56,452 nt of DNA from Klebsormidium nitens. Its lineage: Eukaryota > Plantae > Klebsormidiophyceae. The DNA lies in contig DF237531.1 in assembly GCA_000708835.1 (NCBI GenBank), forward strand, positions 1 through 56,452, read 5' to 3'. Shown here in pieces: positions 23,015 through 33,600 of this stretch; position 1 is the first letter of the stretch; each line of letters opens with the position of its first letter. The notes below the pieces were generated by a model. The model was not told the DNA's origin. It ran no database searches and worked only from the letters and a program-made list of their open reading frames with translations. Both the position numbers and the translations under genes were made by a program.

Positions 23015-24650
23015 TTACCTTTGTTTGAATCTAGCGAACAAGATTGACATTGAATGCAAAGCTACTATAGAAGCAATGGCCCTGTTCTGTATCACAGCAG
23101 GAATACATCGCCCAAGATTGGATTCCGCCATGCTAATCATCGATGAGACTGCTGCACAAGGTTCCTTTTTCTGGAAAGCGATTGGGCTCCAGTTTCTCAC
23201 CTCCCTTGCGTGATTGTCCAGAATTGTGGGTATCTTGATCCCCTCAACGCGGTTCAATCTGGACCTGCTTTTCATCAGACGTAGACGCAATGCTGTCTTC
23301 TCTTCTAGGCCCCGCATGTAGATCGCATCCTTCTCTAGCTGCAGCCTGTGGCACTCTCACGTCAACTGCTCTACTTTCAGTTCAAGCACTTGGTTTGCAT
23401 CTCCAAGCCTGGAGAGCTCCTTTGCTGACTCTCTTGAAGCCCTTACTGACTGCTGTTCCTGCGACCTCAACTGTTCGAGCTCTAGTTTCATCCGCTCAAG
23501 CACAGCTTGTTGATCCTCAATAGCTGCAGACTTGGTTTCAAGCAGGTGCTTGACTTCTGCAAGTTCCTTAGACCTCTGAGTAAGGTCGCCCTTCAATGCT
23601 TCATACTCAGATTGCACCGCTCGCTGGTCAACTGTGGTCTCTAGTCTCTTAAGCCTGATTTGTCTGAGCTCGTCCTTCGCAGCAGCAGCCTCCAGAGCTT
23701 TGACCGCAGCCTCACGCTCCTGGTCGCTCAACCTCTCTTTCAGGGTCTCTATCTCATTCTTGTACTTTTCTTCCTCCTTGCTCGGTGTCGCTTCAAGTCC
23801 TTCTAAGTCATCATCGGATTCATCATCACTCAAAATTGGGTTTGCATCACCCCAGCGGTGCTGAGTAGCTCTGCAGGAGGCGGTTGGCGGTTGCCTTGCA
23901 GGGCCAACAAAAACCTTGGTCCATTCCACTCGCGCAAACTTTCCTGATCTTGTTCGATCTGAGGACCTTGTTCGTTTGCTTCTCTGCTTCTTAATTGGAG
24001 GATGCAACCAAGCTTCACTGTCCGTGTCCGGAGTTGCCAGCTCGATCCCCGCGATGATACCTGCATTGGCGCCTCCTCTTGTCAGCACCTCCCCTGATTC
24101 CTCAAATGTTAGCCTTGTCCTCTTTGCGACAGGTGCAGTGCTCAACATGAGATTCTCCTCCTGAAGAATCAACCCAATGTCAGAATGCCTGGCGTCTGGC
24201 AAGGAGCAATCTGGTCCAAAGGATGTTCCCTTGGCTGCACTGATTGCCTCAATTGCCTCAAGCTGGCTCCTCAGATCGACAACTTGCTCAATCTGGGTGT
24301 CCCTTGCCTCTTCTGTTAAGCGGAGCTTCTCTTCCAACACCTTAATTCTGACATCCTTCTTCCTGCAGAGGTCTTTGAGCTCGCCATCAGTATGTGCCGC
24401 AAGGGCGGCGGAATGCAAGGGGGCTCCGGAGAGTAGTGATTTCATCTTGTCTGTTGGTGTCAATGCACTAAGCGACGCTGGTGAGTTGGAACGGCCACAC
24501 CGAGCGCAGCCTGCCTAGCACGCCTCCTTCCCAATCACTTGGGAACCCAGATGGAGGACAATCTTCCCAGCAGAAAAGCTGCAACTCGCAAGCGACCCTT
24601 GCCTAGGCAGAAGCCGCAGCAACCTCCAAGGTGGCCGAGTCCATCATGCT
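23015..24650 (-). pseudogene. Coiled-coil-rich ORF (368-aa open core 23357-24463) with stop-interrupted extensions; probable decayed repeat-borne gene
   Basis: Heptad-rich helices and an acidic/basic low-complexity centre. Coil-like sequence continues past the TGA at 23357 (EQLT*ECHRLQLEKDAIYMRA*). The upstream MMDSATLEVAAASA*ARVACEL frame is broken by TAG. No introns or domains recognised. Confidence 0.45.
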
Positions 24651-25091
24651 GCTACTAGGTACTAGGTACCGTACTGGTCAGCCAGCCAGACTCTGCGGAT
24701 TCAAATCTAATATGGCGGGAAAGATGGCCAATGGCATGGGAACCTTCAACCAGGTTAAAGAACTTGAACCAAGGAATTGAGTCATCCCGGTACTTTTACG
24801 TAACCAAACCCTCAAACCAAATGGACAACCTGAATCACGCGCTCCAAACGGAAGCTTTACGCTAACCGCCCACTAGCGCCAGCCTAAACCGGCTTGTTTT
24901 CCGGGCGCTTAGGTATCTTGGTTAGAGCGTCTGTTAGTTCTCCCGAAAGTTGCCAGACCGTACTATGATCTCTCTGGCCCGACAGCGCAAGCTAAACCCT
25001 GCGGTGCCAGTGCGGGCGCGCGGCGATTCAACCCGCCGCGCGCCGCGGGCCCGCGAGTGACCGCATGGTATCATTCATCGAGGCAAGAGGC

Positions 25092-25408
25092 ACAAAGCAG
25101 CCGAACTTTTCTCGGAAAAACGGACGCGGACACCGTCCAATCTGGCCAACCGGGCACTGATTCAAGACTACACCGGGATCACCAACACTAAAAACCTAAG
25201 AATATGCCTAAGCCGTTAGTATAACCCTAATCGTAGTGCAGTCATGCAGTCAGTACAGTAAGGTGGCACGACCCTAACAAACCGTCACAGGCTTGCAACA
25301 TAACCCTAATGTCACAGGGGGCCCCGGTTGCTTGTCGGCGGTTCCAGGTCCGATCAGTAGCGCACCGGTGTTCGCAACTTTTTTCCGAGAAAAGTTCGGC
25401 TGCTTTGT
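25092..25408. mobile_element. MITE-like foldback with perfect 29-bp inverted repeats
   Basis: ACAAAGCAGCCGAACTTTTCTCGGAAAAA (25092-25120) is the exact reverse complement of 25380-25408. A 13-bp direct repeat GAGTGACCGCATG lies at 25055 and 25435. Confidence 0.55.
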
Positions 25409-25545
25409 CCGTTTTGCACCCGTTTTGCATCATTGAGTGACCGCATGCATACGTATATGATTTACGTCCCAAGGGGGTCCCAAGTTGAAGTACGTACGTC
25501 GTCTGCGTCGTAGTCGTCACCACCGATCCTCAATCCACTGCATGG

Positions 25546-25925
25546 GTCTATAATATATATACACAGTGCACACAGAGGGGGTGTTCTTTTTTCCGAGCGA
25601 CGGTACACTGGCAGGGATTGCGCTGCTGGCGTCGCCTTGAAAACACCGCGCCAATCGCGGGGTGAAGTTGTTTCCATTTCGCCGACTTGTACGGTCATAC
25701 GTCATGGCAACAACACCGAGGTATTCCAATCGGCCACCCCGAAAAAGGCCTGGTGACGGTCCGAACACCAGGTGTTGTTGCGATCAGACCGTGTGCGGGG
25801 CAACTTTTTGCGTGCGGAAGCTACCCCCTGGCACAACGTTGAGAAGCAGAGGGAAATTGGGCAAAACAGCACCTTGAGTTTTCGGCGATTTGCCAAAAAG
25901 AACACCCGCTCTGTGTGTATAGACC
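25546..25925. mobile_element. Second MITE-like foldback with imperfect ~30-bp inverted ends
   Basis: Left GGTCTATA...CACACAGAGGGGGTGTTCTTTTT versus right AAAAAGAACACCCGCTCTGTGTGTATAGACC. Confidence 0.4.
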
Positions 25926-27690
25926 CTGAGCGGGTGATCGATCGACGGACAAAATAGCAACGATCTACGTCCTACGGGATCAGGGAAAGTCGGGATTGGG
26001 TGGCCCGTGCAAACGTCCGAAGGCAGCCGCAATGATCACATTACTGCAAAATTGGCGCCCGCCTGCTATGTCAATTCGTCGAAGATCCTTTTTGGTTCCG
26101 ACAGCATGCATGTCGCCTCACTCTAGCTCTCATCCAAACATCTCGACAACCTAAACACAGCTTATTACAAGTCATTGCACTATGTGAATTACTTGCGCCG
26201 CATCCTCGCATCACAGAAGGACCATGAACATGGCTGAATGTGCACAACGCTACCCATACATTCCCTTGTACTTCACATGAGACTTTCCTCAGGCCATCGT
26301 GCAGCTGTCCAGAGTTCCTTACACCATTACCTCTGCTACAGCCTTGGATTGAACAGAAGAAAGAATGAAGCTTAGGCTTCATTCTTTCCCTAGGTCCCTA
26401 GTGTCCGAATACAGTCATAAGGTATGGGTCACTGCATAAGTTATCAAATTTCGGAATTGCAACTAGATCGGAGACAACCCGGCTGCGACTCAACCTAGCA
26501 TGACATGCAAACGAGCTAGGGATTGAACGTCTCTGGTAAGGATCGTGCCCTATTTGCAAGTAGCGCGTGCGTCATAATCAGCGTGTGACCGGACAATCGT
26601 GCAACCCGTGTACTGTAGACGGGGGCATCAGCATATTGAACCTCATCATGATTGGGTGTTCAAGGCCATTCAGCAACCGGGCTGAGTTAGGGGCGGGGTT
26701 GCATCATTGCACTGATGAAGCTATATTTTAAGAACGCTATGTGAGTACACGAGTGTCAGCATTCGCATCGCCAGGCATATTCGTCCGGCCGATTGACTGT
26801 TCGTTTACGTTGTTTGAGCATACTTCAGCGCAGTACCGTCATGACGGTCCTGGTCTTGCGGATAGGTTCGCACTGGCCTTGAGCAATTCCGACCTGGCGC
26901 TGGATTCATTTAGGCATGGTCATTCATGCAAGTTATCACAATGACTTGGAAGTTCTTCATATCAAGCTAAATTGCCAGAGCTCAGTACGGCACGTAATTC
27001 AATTTCACACAAGCGATTGTGATGATCTTGCGACGATCCCGTTGTGGAACTACGTATCCGTTAGCGCATCAGAATCAAAGCCAGAACCGGAACTGGTACC
27101 AAATTTCTACCGCGCCGTCGCGGAACTTGCTCGGAGGTGGTAATCTTCTTGAAGAGCGACTCACGAGGCCAGATAAGCATTAGATAAACAGTCGATGAGA
27201 TGGAAGGGAAACGGCGCATTTTGGTTGCACTTTCGAAGCTAGTTCTGGACACCATGTCGTACTTAGCTTAGTGTTCATACAGGGTTTTCAAAATGGCGAC
27301 ATGCAAAAGAGCCTAGCAAAGACGACTTGCACGTGTCTTCAAAGGATAAGTCATAAACTGCGTCTCGCCAAAGCTTTTGCGGTAAAATCCAGACACGTAA
27401 ACCAACTCGACCGCTACCTAAGACTAGACGTTTTGACAGACGCGACAAATATGTACCGACAAAGGCCATAGGTGGATATCAGCGTTTTTTCCCGGCTTTG
27501 CCGAAGCTCACACGTGCACTGCCTACTAATGCTAATCCTCATGCTTCTAAGTTCGCTACATGTAACGGCCTTTTCTTCTTCCTTCCGACAACTCGCACGG
27601 CCCATTTTGCACTTGCCCTTCCCAAACCACAGGACGCGCCCCCGCGGCTTTCTTGCGCGCGGCTCCGCGCTCCAGCGCGCGTGTGCGCGC

Positions 27691-30600
27691 CTACAGCTCG
27701 CGCGCGTCGGCGGCGCGCTGGGCGAGCGCCTCCTCCATCATCTGGATCATGTCGGGGTACGCCTCCTCGCCCGCGGCCGCGGCCGCGGACTCGAGCAGCT
27801 TGCGCTTGCTGGACATGAGGGGGATCCCCCCGGCGGGGCTGGTCTTCTTGGAGAAGACCGACTTGTAGATGATGCCGTGGGCGCCCCAGTTGGAGTCGAC
27901 GACCTGCCCGGGGAAAGGGAACCGGGGATAAATTAAGTAAGGCCGTATTCAAATCTGAGCGTACAAGGGAAGGCAAACTTGGTAATCAGCGGTATTTCTG
28001 CGCTCCTGAAGAAAACTTCAAGCCGTAACTTAGGCAGCAGCCCGTCATGCTGACGTCCTGACTCCTACCTGACGTTTCGAACGGCTGAGATCATCGTAAA
28101 TCAGCACAGACCACCTCAGATTCCTCCAAGCGACCGTTCGCACGCTCGTTGAGGGCATGCTCTGCCCCTCAACGTGCTGACCTTTCCTTGCACCAGGAGC
28201 TCTTTCGACACGGTCCACTTTCGATCTGCTCTGTAATGCTCCCTTACGGACTTCCAAAAGACTCCAGCGTGCTCATCTTTCGAAACACCCCGTTGATTGA
28301 AGCAAGCATTTCAAATCCTTGCGAAATCCAATTCGTGCAAGTTGGTAAGGGAAAGAGACCGCACCTGGGTCACACCAAAGTCGACGCTGGTGCTCATGAC
28401 GCTGATGGACTCCCTTTCGGTGAGACCGAAGCCGTCGATGAGGAACTGCCTGGTGTTGAAGTAAGTGTTGGCGAAGGCCTTGTTCAGATCGGCACCGAAC
28501 TGGGGCTTGCCGATGTCACTGCACAAGTCCAGGACAGACGGTTTCAGAAGGTTTCAGAAGGTTTCAGAAGGACTTCTGTACGAAGCAGGGAAACCGTTCT
28601 CCAAACAGATTCTGCGGCTGAAGCCGCGCGCCTGTTGATTGGAGGTTGACCGCCTTCTCGGTCTCACAAGTCCCTACCGCTGGTGGACGGCTGACGAATT
28701 ACTGTCTCCAGAGTCGCTTGAAAATCAACCGTACTAATCAGATCTGCCAGCAATGTGTCAGTGCTCTGACAGAAATATCTCAATCGGGCAACGATCTCGT
28801 CCTCAAAGAAGCTCTGAGCTTCTCATCTAGAGCTAGTCAGCTCACCGCTGTAGTCGGATTACGCGAAGCCGTCGAAAGACTGTTCTTTTGACTGCACGGA
28901 ATGAGCGCCTTCAAACCGCATCATATCGCAAACCTGCTTGATAAAGCGATTCTCAAGGGCACATTACCTGGGGTTGGACAGCTCTGAGATGAATTCATTG
29001 TACGCGAATCCGTGCACCAGAATGTAGAACTAGGTCTCGAGAACGGGCGCCCCCAAAAACCCGTCACGATAACCAAGAAGCTCAACATACTGATCCAAAT
29101 CCAAAAGAGTTACCCGGTTGAACCCAAAAATGGTAACGGATGGATTGCTTGGGCTTGGTCTGCTCTAAGATGTGGTCGTTGTACGCAAACTCGTGATTGA
29201 GATTGTTTTCCTTGATCTCCATGACGGGCGCCTTCAATTCTCGTTAACAGAAAACAAATTCTGTTTGAGAACCGATTCTAAAGCATACGGAACACGTTGT
29301 ACCTGGGCTTGGTCAGCTCCGAGATGTAGTCGTTGTAGGCGAATCCGTGCACCAGAATGTAGTCCCTGGTCTCCGTCAAGGGCGCCCTCATTCCCGGTCA
29401 GAGTGAAGCAGAATCGGTCAACGAACTAATTTAAACCCAAAGGGTTAGAAAGTGGTTTACCTGGGCTTGGTCAGCTCCGAGATGTAGTCGTTGTAGGCGA
29501 ACCCGTGCACCAGAATGTAGTCCTTGGTTTCCATAACGGGCGCCTTCATGTTTTTGAGGGCGGCAGGCAGAGTCGCCTCCGGAAGGGTGGTGATGCGGAA
29601 AGTTCCGGTCAGGGACGCCTCGATGGCGTTGCCGGAAAGCTCGGAGTCGCCCTCGGCTGCGCAGGGTTCAGTTTTGGGTTAGGAACTATCAAGCTCCTCT
29701 AACTGAGTTCAGTGGGTTCTCAATAATTCTGTTTTCTGTAAGTTCTTGACTTGATTTGCGAAAGGGAATGGTCAGGGTTCGCCTCGATGGCGTTGCCGGA
29801 AAGCTCGGAGTCGCCCTCAGCTGAAAGGGGTATATTTTTGGGTTACGATTTTGAGACGAAAAAGATTGACGTTTTTTAACGCTTGCCGGAAGCTCGATTC
29901 GCCCTCAGCTGGGTAGAATTTGAATTTGGGTTACGCACTTCAGACTCACGTCGAGAGCTTAATAGAGTGGGGTACGTTGAGAATATAACCTAGGACGCGG
30001 AACGCCTTCCTGAGAAATGCCTTTAGGGGGCTGAGTCGCTTCTGCTGTGCAAACGTTTTCGTCGAAGCAAAGATAAGAATAATTGTTGATCCAGGAAGGT
30101 GCCTGAACATACGAAGAGGTGCAAGACGCAAAGAGCTCGAAAAACGCTTCGTTGGTCAAAGGATTATTGACAACCTCAAGGAAGACGGAGAGAACGATGT
30201 GAAGTTTGAGATCAGCACTTCGCTGCGTGCCGACAAGGCGGATGTCTTCGAACCGAGAAAGTTTCTTCATGGTCAGACCGCACGATTTTGAAAAACGTAC
30301 CTGACAAGCAGAGACAGATCTCGAGCGATACAAACAATGACGAGTTACAACTAATCACCTACCTGCATGGTAATCGCCGAAGGAGCAACAGCGCTGTGTT
30401 CATCCGCCCCTCACAAAGGTTCGTAACCTCGGCGCCAACTCAAAATACAACCTCACTACAGGAACACCGCGAAATCTCAAACCTAGAATCAGCATCCCCA
30501 CCTGCGTGGCCCCACCGAAGGTCAGCGTCTATCTGAACCTGAACGTATAAACAAGCATCAGTGCACCAACTTGAAAACGCCCAGTTTAATCAACTCTCAG

Positions 30601-33600
30601 AGAAGAACCGGTTGAACTTTGTCACCTACCGGCGTGGCAATCGCCGAATGACAGCAGCCCTCCGTCGACTTGCACCTTGTAGTAGATGGTGACACCGGCG
30701 CCGATCCTCCAGTTGTCGATGTTGCCGCCGAAGTTGCTGGGGGGGCCGCTCGACGCGCCGATGATGGGGGACGTGGAGTTCTTGCCGTAGTCGAGCGCGT
30801 TCGCGGGCGCGAGACCTGTGCAAAGATTGCGAGGGTTTGAGGGTTTGGTGGCAAGGGTTAGAGGGTTAGGTCAAACACATATTAAAAATCTCGAGCTCAG
30901 AAGTTTTAAAGCTCAACGCGCCGATGACGGGCGACGTGGAGTTCTTGCCGTAGTCGAGCGCGTTCGCGGGCGCGAGACCTGTGCAAAGATTGCGAGGGTT
31001 TTAGGGCTCAGAAGCTCGGATTTCTAGGGTTTTAGGCACCTGAAGTGGTTGAAAAAATGGCTCAACGTACCGATGGTGGGGGACGTGGAGTTTCTGTCGC
31101 AGTCGAGCACGTTCGCGGGCGCGAGACATGCGTGATAACAAGGGGAAGAATGTATGGCCCTGCGTCAAATGCATGTTTCGCAGGATTTCGATTTGCAACG
31201 TTCATCGTCGATCACAGTTGGCGGGCGAAACCTGCGGCAAAGACTCAAAACCAAGAACTCGGCTCTAACACGGATTGTTGACACAACACTTCTGGCTTTC
31301 CGTGCGTGACTTCGCTTCCAAGTTTCAGTTGTTCCGGACCCATGAGCTTCGAGAATCGAATGTGAGCAGGTGTCCACTATTATCGGCGCCCGTCTATCAT
31401 ATCTTTCTGTACAATCGTCTAGATAAGTTCACGTTTCAGGAAGCCCAGATGCGACTGCAGCGGGATGCGAAACCTTTACTGGCGTGTTGAGACATCCCAT
31501 GGCGGAGCCGTTGAGGAGGCTTCGCCTAAACAAACTAAATCCAAATCAGAATACAAATTCAAGCTCGAGCCCAAACCAGATTCAAACCCAAACCCACCCA
31601 TGGTGCCGAGATGCGGAAGTTCCTGGGCGTGCTGATTACTGCATTGCGGCGCCGTTTAGAAGGCTTGAACCGAACCCAACCAACTCCAAAGCAAACACAA
31701 ACTCAAAATCGAGCCCAATTTCAAAATGAAACCGAAACCGAAACCGAAACCAAACCCACCCATGGTGCCCAGATGCGGCCGCAGCGGGATGCGGAAGTTC
31801 ATGGGTGTGTTGAGATACTGCATCGCCGTGCCGTTGGGGAGGCTCGACTTGTAGCCCTCGGGGTATTCACCGGGTCAAAGGCGCCGTTCGCGCCGGGCAC
31901 TCCGTAGTTAACCGGGTGCGGGTAAACCTGGCCGCCGGTCTTGCCATCGGGGCCAATTACCTGGTTAGAAGTAACGAAGAACGTCATTAAGAGAGTGGTT
32001 ACCAAGGGTTTGTCACCGGGTCAAAGGCGCCGGTTCCGGGCACTCCGTGATCAACCGGGTGGGAATATATCTGGCCGCCGGTCTTGCCATCCGGGCCGAT
32101 CACCTGGTTAGAAGCAGAGGAGAACGTTGTTAGAGGGTGGGTAGCGAGGATTTATTACCGGGTCGAAGGCCCCGTTCGCTCTGGGCGCGCCGCAGTTCAC
32201 GGGGAGTATTGAAGGTCAAAGGCACGTCCTTAGCTGTTACGTATCCTTTCGAGTGGTTGGTGTCTTTTTCTTGACGTCAAGATCTGATTTTGAATAAGGT
32301 CCTTGCCTTGAGTCTTGACACATGAGAAAGGCGGCGAACACTCTTCAGAACCCTTCAAAGTTAGATGGTAAAACCTGTCCGGCGCTCAACATCCGAGACT
32401 TAAGATCTGAATGGATTCTCGATTTGGAAAAAGTTTTTCACAGGTCCTCTGCGTTTCAAGGAACACCGGGCAAGAACACAGAGACTATTTTATTAGTTGT
32501 GGCGCACTCGAATCCCAAGAGCTCCCGGTTTTCAGGAAACGCACCGTGCTGGGCACCATGAACTGGTACACTGGATAGCCCCACTGGCCGGTCTCATCGG
32601 CGATGACGTCATAGATGATGATGGCGGAGTCGGTGAAATTGACGCCGGACGTGTTGGTCACCTGCGTAATGCAAAAGGGAAGTTTTAGTCTTGTAGTCTT
32701 ATGGGCGTTTGCCTTTGTGTTTTTGGGCGAGTGCGTATGTTCTTCTGGGCGATTGCATATGTTCATTTAGGCGATTGCGTATGCTTTTGGGCGATCTCGT
32801 ATTCGTTTGGGCGATCGCGTATTCTTGCGGGCGATTGCGGAAAAGAGCCTTCCGAGAAGCCCATACAGCCAGGCACTCTTAAGTGTACAACGAGAGGAAA
32901 GTGAACCTAAAGTGCGGGCCCTGCTTAGTGGATCACTCATCAACGTTTGCTTCAACCTTGCGGCGACTACGTGCCTTATTGTTTCGAAAAAACGGCACCT
33001 TTGAACGAAGGTGACGTAAAACGAAATGAAGAAAGCAAGTCAAGCGTATCTGGCTATTCGGCGTTCGAAACCAGTCTTCGTCCGGTTCGCTGAAAAGGGG
33101 TTCCACCCATCCTTTCAGAACAGAATTCTAGATACCCCGCAGCAATAGCCAAAATACAGACGTACCGGCCGCTGCACTCCTTTTTGAGTTCAAACATGGA
33201 TATAGAAATTTAAAGTCCTTGCAACCAGCTTCCTTGGTGTTTACAAAGATTCGCTTTTTTAACTAGCATAGAGATTGGCACAGTAGACCGACTCGCTGTT
33301 TCACCATGTAGACGACGGCCTCCCTTCCAGGAGAAGTCTATCAGTTCTTAGATGCAAGGCGTGGATTTCGGTAGATTGTGAGGTCTCTTTTCTAAAACTT
33401 CCGGCTTGGACTTACAAAACGTCCGCTTTTCAGGCAGGTCTAGGCTAGAACGGGTTCCATAAACAGGGGTTTCAGTGAGCTTTTAGTTTCTTTCAGGGTT
33501 AGGGAATGTGGTTACCTGAGCGGGATAACCCGAGGTTCCCTGCGTGTTGGCGCCGTAGCACTTGCCCGTGGAGGGGTTCTTGCGGGGATCGAGCGCCAGG

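Noticed and set aside
30830-31035. TTAGGG/TTTAGGG-like motifs as an interstitial telomere
   Set aside because: Short, irregular, and part of duplicated intron 3' ends. The CCCTAA fragments at 25220-25310 are likewise too few.
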